A stretch of DNA of 64,000 bases from Candidatus Woesearchaeota archaeon (GCA_964447315.1 CAYURQ010000003.1:10078-74077), one strand, 5' to 3'. Positions 1 to 9,783 are shown, counted from the stretch's first letter. Made by a program: numbers and translations. Notes: generated by a model not told the origin, from the sequence alone.

Positions 1-8
1 ATATTTAT

Positions 9-2039
9 TTGATTAAACAAGAAAATGCTCTTTCTCATGATAAACTTGTTGGTGGTCATGAGGAGTTTTTTTCTAAAAGGTATAATGAGATTTTTTCTTT
101 TTTGTTTTTATTGAAAAAAGATCCTTTATCAGCACATGAAGAATTAAAAAAAATTATTATTGAAAATAAAATATTTTTAGAGAAATTAAGTTCAGATAAA
201 CAGGGAGACCAGAAAAATTATTTGAATTTCTTAGGAAAAATACTTAGTTTATTTGAAAAAACAAAAATTTATCGTGATTCTAGAAGATTTATTCAAGGAT
301 ATCAAAAAGGAAACAGGGATATTTATCATAATTTATTTCAACCAGATGTAATTCCTAATTTTACTTTTACTAGATTAGTTTCTGATTTACCAAGGGATGC
401 AGAGATTGTTGATCAATATGAGATAAATAATGGAGATTATGATGTTTCTCAAGTTACAATTCTTAAAACAGAAAATGATTCTAAATTATTATATCATTTA
501 ATTGCTCCTGAGAATTCTTTAAAAGAAGACCATAGTATTTTAATTAATCTTGCAAGGACAGTTTTAATTGATCACCAGCCAAAAGCAGAAGAATTTACTG
601 ATACTGAAAGAATAAGACAGGTTTTTTTTAATATTTCAAGAGATTTATTAAGAGACTTAAGTGAAACAAAAGGGATTAAATTAAATTATAATGATTTAAA
701 TAAACTTGCTACTATTCTTGTTAGACATACTATTGGATTTGGATTAATAGAAGTTTTATTGCAAGATAAAAATTTACAAGATATTTCTTTGAATGCCCCT
801 ATACCTATGACTCCTGTTTTTGTTAGACATCAAAAACATGATGAGTGCACTTCTAATATTTTGCCAAGTCAAGAAGATGCTGATTCATGGGCTGCTAAAT
901 TTAGAATGCTTTCTGGAAGGCCTTTAGATGAAGCAAATCCTATTTTAGACACTCAATTAGAGATTGGTAATTTACGTTCAAGAATTGCGATTATTCAAGA
1001 ACCTTTAAGCCCAGATGGTTTAGCTTATTCTATTAGAAGACATAGAGAAAGTCCTTGGACTTTGCCTTTATTTATTCAAAATAAAATGATTAATCCTTTT
1101 GCAGCTGGACTTTTAAGTTTTTTAATTGATGGTTCTAGAACAATGCTTGTTGCTGGAACAAGAAGTTCAGGTAAGACCTCTCTTTTAGGAAGTTTAATGC
1201 TTGAAATTATTCCTAAGTTTAGAATAATTGTTATTGAGGATTCTTTGGAATTGCCAGTGGAATCAATACGTAAATTAAAATATAATATTTTGAGGATGAA
1301 AGTTAGAAGTTCTTTACTTAAAACCTCAACAGAGGTTTCTGCTGATGATGGTATTAGAGCTAGTTTAAGATTGGGTGATAGTTGTTTAATCCTTGGAGAA
1401 GTAAGAAGTGTTGAGGCAAAAGCTCTTTATGAGGCAATGAGGGTTGGGGCTTTGGCAAATGTAGTAGCAGGTACAATTCATGGTGCTAGCCCTTATGGGA
1501 TTTTTGATAGGGTTGTTAATGATTTAGGTGTTCCAGCAACTTCTTTTAAAGCAACTGATATTATTTCTGTTGCAAATCCAATTAAATCTCCTGATGGATT
1601 GCATTCTTGGAGAAGATTGGTTCAAATATCTGAAGTAAGAAAACATTGGAAAGAAGATCCTTTACTTGAAAAAGGATTTGTTGATTTAATGAAATATAAT
1701 GTTGAAAAAGATGAACTTGAAGTAAGTGATGATTTAATGAATGGAGACTCAGAAATATTAAAAGGTATTGCTTCTAATGTAAAAGGATGGGCTGGAAATT
1801 GGGACGCTATTTATGATAATATTTTGCTTAGGGCTAAGATAAAAAAAGAACTTTTAGATACTGCTATTAAAACAAAGGATATGGATTTAATTGAAGCTGA
1901 ATTTAATACTTTATCTAATCATGCTTTTCATGAAATTTCAGATGAAGTAATTGAAGAAGTTGGGCTTCCTTTATCTAAGAGGGTTTTTCCTGAATGGCAG
2001 AAATGGTTGAACAAAGAAATAAAGAAAAGGAATATTTAA
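9..2039 (+). CDS. Type IV pilus/archaellum-family secretion ATPase (GspE/VirB11/FlaI-PilB superfamily); true 5' end may lie upstream of the window
   Basis: 676-aa ORF with no in-frame stop between the window edge and the TTG at 9. Walker A 'VAGTRSSGKTSLLGS', Walker B-like 'FRIIVIEDSLEL', and 'ILGEVRSVEAKALYEAMRVGA' typical of secretion NTPases. Heads a pilin/peptidase locus. Confidence 0.8.
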   Translation: MIKQENALSHDKLVGGHEEFFSKRYNEIFSFLFLLKKDPLSAHEELKKIIIENKIFLEKLSSDKQGDQKNYLNFLGKILSLFEKTKIYRDSRRFIQGYQKGNRDIYHNLFQPDVIPNFTFTRLVSDLPRDAEIVDQYEINNGDYDVSQVTILKTENDSKLLYHLIAPENSLKEDHSILINLARTVLIDHQPKAEEFTDTERIRQVFFNISRDLLRDLSETKGIKLNYNDLNKLATILVRHTIGFGLIEVLLQDKNLQDISLNAPIPMTPVFVRHQKHDECTSNILPSQEDADSWAAKFRMLSGRPLDEANPILDTQLEIGNLRSRIAIIQEPLSPDGLAYSIRRHRESPWTLPLFIQNKMINPFAAGLLSFLIDGSRTMLVAGTRSSGKTSLLGSLMLEIIPKFRIIVIEDSLELPVESIRKLKYNILRMKVRSSLLKTSTEVSADDGIRASLRLGDSCLILGEVRSVEAKALYEAMRVGALANVVAGTIHGASPYGIFDRVVNDLGVPATSFKATDIISVANPIKSPDGLHSWRRLVQISEVRKHWKEDPLLEKGFVDLMKYNVEKDELEVSDDLMNGDSEILKGIASNVKGWAGNWDAIYDNILLRAKIKKELLDTAIKTKDMDLIEAEFNTLSNHAFHEISDEVIEEVGLPLSKRVFPEWQKWLNKEIKKRNI

Positions 2040-2042
2040 GTA

Positions 2043-2681
2043 TTGATTTTTCTTTATTTTTTAATGTATCTTGGAATTGACTTTGAAGTATTTTTAGTTT
2101 CATATGCTAGTTTTGGTGGAAGTGGTGTTGGAAATATTCTTGCAAAAATGGAGCAAGCAGGAGTTTTTCAATACTTGTTACCTGGATTGATTATCTTTGC
2201 ATTGGTTTATACTGTTTTGAGTTTTATTAAAGTATTTAGAAATAGGGCAATAATTTCTGTTATTGCTTTAACAACAAGTCTTTTAGCTTTGCAATTTGAT
2301 CTTGTTGGATTGTGTTTTGCAGAAATATTTCCTAGACTTGGAATTGCTCTTTCAATTTTATTGATAATTATTATTTTAGGAGGAGTTTTCTTTGAACCTA
2401 AAGATGGAGAAAGCAAATGGATTAAAGTTGTTTTAACAATAATTACTATTGGAGCTATCATTTTTGTTTTGATTGGTTCTTTGGAGTGTATGGGATTTAG
2501 AGGAATAGGTTTTTTAGGAGGAGGATTTACTGTTTTTTATAATTTGAATTGGGCAAGAATTATAGGAATACTTTTAGTTGTAGGGGTATTTTTCTGGATA
2601 ATAAAAACTACAAATTCCAGAGAAGGTGGTTCTGGAAGAAGTGGAGGGTGGCATAGACCTTCAAGAGCAGTTAGCCATTAA
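2043..2681 (+). CDS. Polytopic membrane protein of unknown function, immediately downstream of the secretion ATPase
   Basis: 212-aa ORF starting 3 nt after the ATPase stop. Several long hydrophobic segments and a Gly/Arg-rich C-terminus. Start uncertain (TTG at 2043 or ATG at 2064). Confidence 0.5.
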   Translation: MIFLYFLMYLGIDFEVFLVSYASFGGSGVGNILAKMEQAGVFQYLLPGLIIFALVYTVLSFIKVFRNRAIISVIALTTSLLALQFDLVGLCFAEIFPRLGIALSILLIIIILGGVFFEPKDGESKWIKVVLTIITIGAIIFVLIGSLECMGFRGIGFLGGGFTVFYNLNWARIIGILLVVGVFFWIIKTTNSREGGSGRSGGWHRPSRAVSH

Positions 2682-2682
2682 T

Positions 2683-4008
2683 TTATTTTAATAATTTATT
2701 ATAAGAATTAATTTGATTTTCAATCATCTTTTCAAAAGAGTAATTATTTTTCACATATTCTTTTCCTTTTTTAACAATTTCATCATATTTTTCTGTATTG
2801 TCATGCTTTAGGATTTCATTCATTGTTTCTGCAATCCCTTTTCCATATCTTTTTTTAGGGTCAATTCCTAAACCAATTCCTTTTTCTATATATAAATCTT
2901 TTAATGCAGGTGTTGCAGTCATTACTGGAATTCTTCCATAATCTAATGCTTCACTTGCTGTTAATGAGAAACTTTCAGCATAGCTTGGAATTAAAACATA
3001 ATCTGCCCATTTGTAATGTTTTTCTAATTCTTTTTTATCAGAAATCCATCCTGTAAAAATAACTTTTGAAAGCATTTTTTCTAAATCACTTGGAGGCTTA
3101 TCTTTTAAATGATTTTTTAGTGTTTTTTTTAATTTTCTTTTATATTGTTCGACAATTTTTCCTTGTTTATCTCCTCCAACTAATTTTATTTCTGCATCTG
3201 GATTTTCCTGTAAAATATAAGGTATTGAATCAATTAGCTCATCAATTCCTTTTTCTTTTGAAAATCTTCCTACAAAGAGCATTCTTTTTTTCTTTGGTCT
3301 TGGAGAGTATTTTTCTTCTGATATTTTTATTCCGTTTGGAATTACTTTGTGCTTATGTTTATTTTCTTGAGCTTTGTATTCTTTTATAAGATTGTTCATG
3401 TAACTTTCATTCATGTGTTGAATTGAATCTCCTAAAGTCATTATTTTTTCTTGCCTATGTATTGCAGAACCCCAGAAATTTTCTCCAAATTTGGTGGGAT
3501 TATTTAATATATTATTTTTTAATAAATAATTAAGTGCATTAAATTCATCTTTATTTTCTTCTGATTTTGCATTTTCATATTGTGATAAAAATTCTTGTTT
3601 AACGCTTGAATGAGCAGTATTTACTATTTTAGGTTTTTTTTGTTTTGATTTTATTTTTTCTAAGTTTTCAATAATTCCATAGTGAGGAATTCCATGAACA
3701 TGTATTATGTCATATTCTTTCAGTCTTTCTTCTAAATTTTCGTGACTTATTTCCTGAGTTTTTTTTACTTTTCCTTTTTTATCATGCATATTTAGTCTTG
3801 AATCTAGTGGCTTAGAGATATATTTTTTGTTTCCTTTTTCATCTTCTCCAACTTTTTTTATTAAATATTCTGTTAATAAAGTATCTGAAGAAAATTCAGG
3901 ATGCTTATTTATTCCTTCTGTTAAATAATTTATAACTGTTCCTACTCCTCCACCAAGGGCATTTTCATTAACAATATTTAAAACCTTTTTTTCACCTTGT
4001 TCAACCAT
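2683..4008 (-). CDS. Glycosyltransferase, GT4/GT-B family
   Basis: 441 aa. 'MLFVGRFSKEKGIDELI' and 'PSYAESFSLTASEALDYGRIPV' (E-x7-E region) are the typical GT4 C-terminal domain motifs. Confidence 0.75.
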   Translation of the reverse strand: MVEQGEKKVLNIVNENALGGGVGTVINYLTEGINKHPEFSSDTLLTEYLIKKVGEDEKGNKKYISKPLDSRLNMHDKKGKVKKTQEISHENLEERLKEYDIIHVHGIPHYGIIENLEKIKSKQKKPKIVNTAHSSVKQEFLSQYENAKSEENKDEFNALNYLLKNNILNNPTKFGENFWGSAIHRQEKIMTLGDSIQHMNESYMNNLIKEYKAQENKHKHKVIPNGIKISEEKYSPRPKKKRMLFVGRFSKEKGIDELIDSIPYILQENPDAEIKLVGGDKQGKIVEQYKRKLKKTLKNHLKDKPPSDLEKMLSKVIFTGWISDKKELEKHYKWADYVLIPSYAESFSLTASEALDYGRIPVMTATPALKDLYIEKGIGLGIDPKKRYGKGIAETMNEILKHDNTEKYDEIVKKGKEYVKNNYSFEKMIENQINSYNKLLK

Positions 4009-4137
4009 TATTTTATTAACTTTTTTTATTATAAAAATTTATCTGGTATTGAATATTCTTTTTGTTGTTTTTTCTAAAGGTTTATTAATTAATTTTTATT
4101 GTTTATTTTAGGTAAAAATATAAGAAAGAGGTGTTTT

Positions 4138-6327
4138 ATGTCTGATAATAGAAAACCTACTGTAAATGAAATTTTAAGAAAATATGGAGGAAAGCTTGAA
4201 AGTCAGATTAGAAGTTCTGATTTGCAAGTAAGTAAAAGACGCAATAGTGATAGTAGAGATTACATTAGATTTAAACAGGAAAAAAGTCCGGAATTAAACA
4301 GATATGAAAGGCTTTGTAAGAGTGCTGGAAGTTTTGTTAAATTAAAAGTTTCTGAAAAAGATGCTAAAAAAGCTAAGAAATTTTTAGATATTGCTCATTT
4401 AGATATTGAACCTTGGCAGGCTGTTTCTTTTGGTGTTATGAGTTTTTTAGGAATTTTTTTAATTGGTTTGATGATTTCTTTAAGTATTGCTTTATTAAAC
4501 CCAAATGGTTTTGAGGCATTTCCAACTTTTTTATTTATTTTAATTACTCTTTTAGGAGTTTTTTTATTTTATTTTATTAATGGATATCCCGAGAGAATTG
4601 CAAATAAATGGAGATTAAAAGCTTCAAGTCAAATGGTTCCTGCAATACTTTATATTGTTGTTTATATGAGGCATACTTCTAATTTAGAAAAAGCAGTTGA
4701 GTTTGCATCAGAACATTTAGATTATCCTTTGGCATTGGATTTTAAAAAAGTTTTTTATGATGTAGCTCTTGGAAAATTTCCAACAATAAAAGAAAGTTTA
4801 GATAATTATTTAGAAAGGTGGAGAGATTATTCCACTGAGTTTATTGAAGCATTTCATTTAATTGAAAGTAGTTTATTTGAACCAGATAATGCTAGAAGAA
4901 TTTCTACTTTAGAAAAATCATTGCAAGTTGTTTTGGATGGAGTTTATGATAAAATGCTTAAATTTAGTCATGGTGTTAAAGCCCCTTTAACAAATGTTTA
5001 TATGTTGGCTATTATGCTTCCTATTTTAGGAATCGCCCTTATTCCTTTAGCTTCTGCAATGGTTGGAGGAGGATTAAGAGCCTCGCATATTTTTATTTTG
5101 TATAATTTGATAATTCCATTTATTTCTTTTTTTATGATGGATAAAATTATGTTTTTAAGGCCTGGTGGATACGGTGAAACAAATCTTCTTGAAAGAAATC
5201 CTCTTTATGGACAATTTAAGAATAAATCTGCTTTTATTGCAGCTGCATTTATTGCAATTCCTCTTATTTTGATTGGATTAATGCCTTTTATTTTTCAATT
5301 CACTGGACTTCCAGAAATTTTGGATTTACAACAAGATTATACTTTTGCAGAAATGGGTTTTAGCTTATTTGGAGATGCTAAGTTTTTTGATTTTAAATTA
5401 GATGGGGATAAAATAAAAGGTCCTTTTGGAGCAGGAGCTTTATTTTTAGGCTTGCTAATTCCTTTAGGTGTTTCTTTGTTTTTTTCAATTGCATATCGCG
5501 ATAAAACAGTTAATTTAATTAAAGAAAGGAAAAAAACAAAACAGCTTGAAAAAGAATTTAATAATTCTTTATTTCAATTAGGAAATAGATTAGGGAATGG
5601 GGTTCCTCCTGAACTTGTTTTTGGAAAAGTTGCTGAATCTTCAAAAGGATTAGTTACTGGAGAATTTTTTAGAAAAGTTAATTATAATGTTGCTAATTTG
5701 GGAATGAGTGTTGAAAAAGCAATTTTTGATCCTAAACGTGGGGCACTTATTTATTATCCTAGTAATTTAATTTCAACAAGTATGAGGATTTTAGTTGAGG
5801 CTTCTAAAAAAGGTCTTAAAATAGCGGCTATTAGTTTAATGAGTATCTCAGAATATGTCAAGAATTTACAAAAAATTACTGCTCGTTTGAAAGATTTGTT
5901 GGCTGAGATATCTGCTGAAATGAAAAGCAATATGACTTTTTTAGCGCCATTGCTTTCTGGAATTGTTGTGGGTTTGGCTTTAATGATTACAAGTATTTTA
6001 AACAAATTAGATTTGGCTAATCTTGCAGGAGAGAGCTCTGAATTTTTGGGGGGAAATATGGATACATTAACTGAATTATTTAGAGTAAAAGATATGATTC
6101 CTCCTTATTATTTGCAAATTGCTATTGGAATTTATTTAATTCAAATGATATTTATTTTAACTAGAACTTTGGTAACTGTTGATTCAGGCCAAGACAAACT
6201 TTCAACATTCCATTCAATTGCATTGAACTTAAAAAAAGGAATGACTTTTTATTTTATAACTGCATTATTTGCAACAGTTGCAATGTTTGTATTATCTAAC
6301 TTTGTTCTTAGGGATTTAGGAGGTTAG
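4138..6327 (+). CDS. Polytopic membrane protein, candidate pilus platform protein (FlaJ/TadC/PilC-like by context)
   Basis: Long ORF (track 4099-6327). ATG at 4138 is preceded by 'agaggtg'. Multiple paired TM segments are separated by soluble helical regions. It lies between the secretion ATPase and the pilin genes. No specific motif recognised. Confidence 0.5.
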   Translation: MSDNRKPTVNEILRKYGGKLESQIRSSDLQVSKRRNSDSRDYIRFKQEKSPELNRYERLCKSAGSFVKLKVSEKDAKKAKKFLDIAHLDIEPWQAVSFGVMSFLGIFLIGLMISLSIALLNPNGFEAFPTFLFILITLLGVFLFYFINGYPERIANKWRLKASSQMVPAILYIVVYMRHTSNLEKAVEFASEHLDYPLALDFKKVFYDVALGKFPTIKESLDNYLERWRDYSTEFIEAFHLIESSLFEPDNARRISTLEKSLQVVLDGVYDKMLKFSHGVKAPLTNVYMLAIMLPILGIALIPLASAMVGGGLRASHIFILYNLIIPFISFFMMDKIMFLRPGGYGETNLLERNPLYGQFKNKSAFIAAAFIAIPLILIGLMPFIFQFTGLPEILDLQQDYTFAEMGFSLFGDAKFFDFKLDGDKIKGPFGAGALFLGLLIPLGVSLFFSIAYRDKTVNLIKERKKTKQLEKEFNNSLFQLGNRLGNGVPPELVFGKVAESSKGLVTGEFFRKVNYNVANLGMSVEKAIFDPKRGALIYYPSNLISTSMRILVEASKKGLKIAAISLMSISEYVKNLQKITARLKDLLAEISAEMKSNMTFLAPLLSGIVVGLALMITSILNKLDLANLAGESSEFLGGNMDTLTELFRVKDMIPPYYLQIAIGIYLIQMIFILTRTLVTVDSGQDKLSTFHSIALNLKKGMTFYFITALFATVAMFVLSNFVLRDLGG

Positions 6328-6364
6328 GTAATTTTATAAATTTATAAAATTTGGTATATTTAAT

Positions 6365-6535
6365 ATGAAAATGAAAAAGAGTGTGAAAAGTAAAAAAGCA
6401 ATTGCCACAGAGTATTTACCTTGGATAATAATTGCTATTTTAGTTTTAGTTATAGTTTTTTTTGCAATTAATAAATACTCTCAAGAAGGAAGTGGTTTTA
6501 TTGATACAATTAAAAATTTATTTAGGAGGAGTTAA
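6365..6535 (+). CDS. Small pilin-like protein with class III signal peptide (56 aa)
   Basis: Hand-translated: MKMKKSVKSKKA|IATEYLPWIIIAILVLVIVFFAI... Basic N-terminus, 'KKA', then a hydrophobic helix. Its stop at 6533-6535 abuts the next ATG at 6536. Not in the ORF track (too short). Confidence 0.55.
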   Translation: MKMKKSVKSKKAIATEYLPWIIIAILVLVIVFFAINKYSQEGSGFIDTIKNLFRRS

Positions 6536-6697
6536 ATGGAATTAAGCATAGGAACTGTGATTAAGATTATCTTGGGCCTTCTTGTTGTTGCTGCTGTTGC
6601 ATATGGACTTTATCATTTTTTTAGTAACAATATCTCGGGATCTTTTAGTAATTTGGGATTGAATGACACTATTAAGATTTTCTTTCCTTTACTGTAA
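6536..6697 (+). CDS. Small single-TM protein (53 aa)
   Basis: Hand-translated MELSIGTVIKIILGLLVVAAVAYGLYHFF... Starts on the base after the previous stop. Coupling is the main support. Confidence 0.4.
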   Translation: MELSIGTVIKIILGLLVVAAVAYGLYHFFSNNISGSFSNLGLNDTIKIFFPLL

Positions 6698-6710
6698 AAT
6701 AAAAATTAAA

Positions 6711-7208
6711 ATGAGAACAATAAAGAATAAAAAAGGTTTTTTGTTAGCAACAGAGACTTTGAAAATTATAATTTCTGTAATATGTATTGGATTTTTAATT
6801 TATTTTTTAAGTATGATTTATTTTTCTAAATCTGGAATTCAGAAAAAAATTGATGCAGAAGGAAATTTAGAAAGAATTCAAGAAATAATTGATGCATTAA
6901 AAGTAGGAGAATCAGAAAAACAAGGTATTGGAAATCCTAGTGGATGGCATATTTTTAGTTTTGTTTCTGGAACAAAACCAAATTCTTGTGCTGGACAAAG
7001 TTGTTTATGTATATGTCCAAATGCCATTGATATTAATGGAAAATTTGATAGGCAAGTTAAAAAATGCGATAGTAAAGGAGTATGTAATGGGATAAGGGGA
7101 TTAAAAACTAATGGAGATTTAGATATAACAATAATGGGGGGTAATTCCTTGGTTTTTCTTGAAATAAGTAAAACTCCTAATGGAATTTATATTATTCAGA
7201 GAATATGA
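6711..7208 (+). CDS. Pilin-like protein with class III signal peptide and Cys-rich globular domain
   Basis: Internal ATG of track ORF 6663-7208 gives MRTIKNKKG|FLLATETLKIIISVICIGFLIYF. 'CAGQSCLCICPN...KKCDSKGVC' cysteine cluster. Confidence 0.65.
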   Translation: MRTIKNKKGFLLATETLKIIISVICIGFLIYFLSMIYFSKSGIQKKIDAEGNLERIQEIIDALKVGESEKQGIGNPSGWHIFSFVSGTKPNSCAGQSCLCICPNAIDINGKFDRQVKKCDSKGVCNGIRGLKTNGDLDITIMGGNSLVFLEISKTPNGIYIIQRI

Positions 7209-7306
7209 ACTTAGATGAATTTATAAAATATTTATTATGGATTATTTTGTTTGGTTTAATTTTATTTGGATTGTATAGTTTATTGAAAAAGTTAGGAATA
7301 ATGTAA
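7205..7306 (+). CDS. Micro-ORF encoding a 33-aa single-TM peptide
   Basis: ATG overlaps the TGA of the upstream gene (ATGA). MNLDEFIKYLLWIILFGLILFGLYSLLKKLGIM. Its stop lies 1 nt before the next ATG. Confidence 0.35.
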   Translation: MNLDEFIKYLLWIILFGLILFGLYSLLKKLGIM

Positions 7307-7307
7307 A

Positions 7308-8213
7308 ATGAAAAATATTGTAAAAATAAAAAAAGCAGAGTTAAGTACACAACAAATAGTTTTATTGATTATTTTGATTGCTAGTTTTTTGATTATTTTA
7401 TTTTTTTTGATTAAATTAAATTTAGATAATGAAACAGATATTCAAGCTTGCCATCAATCAGTTGTTTTGAGAGGAAACAAGGCAATTCCTGCTAATGGGA
7501 TTCCTTTGAATTGTCAAACAAAATATCTTTGTATAACTGAAGATGGTACTTGTGAAGGCGTTACTAAACCTGTTCTTAATAAAGTTAAAACAAAAGAAGA
7601 AATTTTTGATATTTTAGCTAGAGAAATGGCTGATTGTTGGTGGATGTTTGGAGAGGGACAAGTAAATTATGTTGGAAAAGATATGAAAGAAAAATTATAT
7701 TGCAGTATTTGCACTCAATTTGTTCTTGATGATAGTATTGCTAGTATTCAGGGAGTTAATAATGGGAAAATAAATGAAAAAGATTTTTACGAGTATCTTG
7801 AAAATACAAAAAGACCTCAATCAGAAGAAACTTATTTGCAATATCTTACGGGTGCTAAAAATATTAATAATTTACAGGCATCTATTAATCAAGCAGGAGG
7901 CTCTTTCAAAGAATACACTGTTACTGTTCCTTATTATATTATGATGGGGATTTATAGTAAAGTTGGTGCTGCAGGATGGATTGCCACTGGAGTTGGTGTT
8001 GCTGGAGCAATAGTTGCAATGCCTTTTGTTCCTGTTGCAAGTGTTTCAATTGCCTCTGCACTTATTTTGGGGTTTGGTGGAACAGGAGGATATTTTATTG
8101 GAACAACTGTTGCTGGTGAATCTGGCATGGATTATTTAACACCAGTGATAATTCCTGCTAATTCAAGAGAATTTGATATTTTTAATTGTAAAGATGTTAT
8201 GACTGTTTCATAA
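7308..8213 (+). CDS. Pilin-like protein with class III signal peptide, Cys-rich domain and Gly-rich hydrophobic C-terminal region
   Basis: MKNIVKIKKA|ELSTQQIVLLIILIASFLIILFF. Cysteines in 'CHQS','NCQTKYLCITEDGTCEG','DCWW','YCSIC'. C-terminal 'VGAAGWIATGVGVAGAIVAMPFVPVASVSIASALILGFGGTGGYFIG'. Confidence 0.65.
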   Translation: MKNIVKIKKAELSTQQIVLLIILIASFLIILFFLIKLNLDNETDIQACHQSVVLRGNKAIPANGIPLNCQTKYLCITEDGTCEGVTKPVLNKVKTKEEIFDILAREMADCWWMFGEGQVNYVGKDMKEKLYCSICTQFVLDDSIASIQGVNNGKINEKDFYEYLENTKRPQSEETYLQYLTGAKNINNLQASINQAGGSFKEYTVTVPYYIMMGIYSKVGAAGWIATGVGVAGAIVAMPFVPVASVSIASALILGFGGTGGYFIGTTVAGESGMDYLTPVIIPANSREFDIFNCKDVMTVS

Positions 8214-8214
8214 A

Positions 8215-8628
8215 ATGAAAGAAAATAATTTAAAAAATAAAAAAGCAGAAATTTTGGTTGGAAATATTGTTTTTATTTTACTTAATTTAATTTTTATTTT
8301 TATTTTAATTCTTTTTTTATTGAAACAAGGAAATGGTGCTGTTGTTTTAGAACAATCTTATGCAAAAAAAATATCTCTTTTAACAAATGCTGGTCAACCA
8401 GGAATGCAAATGCTTATTGATATGGAAAAAGGAATGAAAATTGCAGAAGAGAATGGTCTTGATTTTAAAGATGTTGTTAGCATAAATGGAAATATTGTTA
8501 ATGTAAAATTAGATAGTAATTCTGGGTATACTTATTCTTTTTTCAATGATGTTTCACTTTATGCTTATCCAGATAAATTAAATGGAAAATATACTGGGAT
8601 GTATGTTTTAAATATAGCTAATAAGTAA
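8215..8628 (+). CDS. Pilin-like protein with class III signal peptide
   Basis: MKENNLKNKKA|EILVGNIVFILLNLIFIFILILF. Starts 1 nt after the previous stop. Confidence 0.65.
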   Translation: MKENNLKNKKAEILVGNIVFILLNLIFIFILILFLLKQGNGAVVLEQSYAKKISLLTNAGQPGMQMLIDMEKGMKIAEENGLDFKDVVSINGNIVNVKLDSNSGYTYSFFNDVSLYAYPDKLNGKYTGMYVLNIANK

Positions 8629-8629
8629 A

Positions 8630-9181
8630 ATGTTTTCATTAAATAAAAAAAGTAAAAAAGCATCTGAAAAATTCCTTTCTTTATATTGGTTTGCAATTAT
8701 TTTGCTTGTTGCTGTTGGTATTTTTTCAATGGTTTATATTTTTTATTCAGCTCCTTATGAAGTTAGAGATATTGAATCTGAGATCCTTGCATATAAGGTA
8801 GGTGATTGCGTATCTAGTCAAGGAATAATTCATCCAGGGCTTATGCCAGGAGGTAAATTCAATGAAAATTTTAATATTTTAAGAGAGTGTGGTTTTAATT
8901 TTCAGACAGAAGATGAATATGATTGGAGACAAGAAGAACAGTATTTTGCTGAAATAAGTGTTTATAATGTTAGAGGTTTAGATAATTATTTAGGAAGGGT
9001 TCAAGAGGGTAATTTAAATTGGAAAGGAAATTGTTTTATTAAAGATAAGAGAAAAAAAGATTATGAAAGATTTGTTAAATGTAGTGAAAAAAGAATTTAT
9101 GTCTTGGGGCCTAATTCAGAGCAATATTTAATTAATATTTTAGTTGGAGTTGGTAAAATTGAGAAAAACGCTCATAAATAA
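8630..9181 (+). CDS. Pilin-like protein with class III signal peptide
   Basis: MFSLNKKSKKA|SEKFLSLYWFAIILLVAVGIF. Starts 1 nt after the previous stop. Confidence 0.65.
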   Translation: MFSLNKKSKKASEKFLSLYWFAIILLVAVGIFSMVYIFYSAPYEVRDIESEILAYKVGDCVSSQGIIHPGLMPGGKFNENFNILRECGFNFQTEDEYDWRQEEQYFAEISVYNVRGLDNYLGRVQEGNLNWKGNCFIKDKRKKDYERFVKCSEKRIYVLGPNSEQYLINILVGVGKIEKNAHK

Positions 9182-9452
9182 AAATAAAAAAGCACAAGTT
9201 GGTGAAACAATGACTTGGATAGTTGCAACTTTAGTTATAATTGGGACTTTACTTGTTTTTATTTATGGTTCAATATTTTTAGCAAATTCAAAATCTTTAG
9301 GCTCTGATGGAATAAATAATAAAATAAAGCAACAGATTGTTGGGACAGATGTTGATTGGATTGATTATAAAAATAAAATGGCTTTTGAAATAAGAGATGA
9401 TAATAGAATTAAAATTGAGAATTGGTTAAATGAAACTAGACAAAATCCATAA
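9159..9452 (+). CDS. Pilin-like protein with class III signal peptide (start uncertain)
   Basis: Track ORF 9144-9452. TTG candidates at 9144, 9150 and 9159. '...NKNKKA|QVGETMTWIVATLVIIGTLLVF' matches the motif shared by its neighbours. Confidence 0.55.
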   Translation: MRKTLINKNKKAQVGETMTWIVATLVIIGTLLVFIYGSIFLANSKSLGSDGINNKIKQQIVGTDVDWIDYKNKMAFEIRDDNRIKIENWLNETRQNP

Positions 9453-9744
9453 AAAAAGAAGTAATAGAGGAGATGTTCCTGTAACTGTCCTTGTTTTGGG
9501 AGTTTTTGTAGTATGTACTTTAGCAATGATTAGTTTTATTAATTCAGATAGAAATGTTGAAAAATCTTTTAATGGTGTTGAGCTTGTTGAAGAAGCTAAT
9601 ATTAAGATTGAGAGGGATAAACTAAATCATTATTATAAAGAAGAAATTAAAACAAAAATAGTTCCTAAATTGGGTGGGAGATGGGTTCAAGAAAAAGTTG
9701 TTTTTTCAGTTGAGTTTAATCCTAGTTTTTCTTCAAGACCCTAA
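9430..9744 (+). CDS. Pilin-like protein with class III signal peptide
   Basis: MKLDKIHKKRSNRG|DVPVTVLVLGVFVVCTLAMISF. Overlaps the previous ORF by 23 nt. Confidence 0.6.
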   Translation: MKLDKIHKKRSNRGDVPVTVLVLGVFVVCTLAMISFINSDRNVEKSFNGVELVEEANIKIERDKLNHYYKEEIKTKIVPKLGGRWVQEKVVFSVEFNPSFSSRP

Positions 9745-9783
9745 TAAAGAAAGGTTTTTAAATAAAAAACTATTATAATAATT

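Noticed and set aside
2207-2461. Antisense or overlapping ORFs from the six-frame track (also 3066-3389, 5754-6005, 12829-13011, 13435-13662, 13904-14119, 16215-16406, 18590-18820, 20176-20388, 20503-20703, 24129-24407, 30723-31028, 31972-32205, 33675-33863, 34885-35208, 35348-35563, 37138-37326, 37996-38187, 38431-38691, 39891-40106, 41844-42047, 42111-42428, 44231-44419, 46779-47009, 46838-47128, 54246-54458, 54896-55087, 55338-55541, 56841-57029, 56938-57165, 57165-57362, 58968-59279, 59381-59647, 59906-60160, 60832-61125)
   Set aside because: Each lies inside a longer ORF with recognisable motifs or strong context. Their translations are low-complexity Phe/Leu/Ile/Ser-rich strings, typical of the antisense strand of Lys/Glu-rich AT-rich genes.
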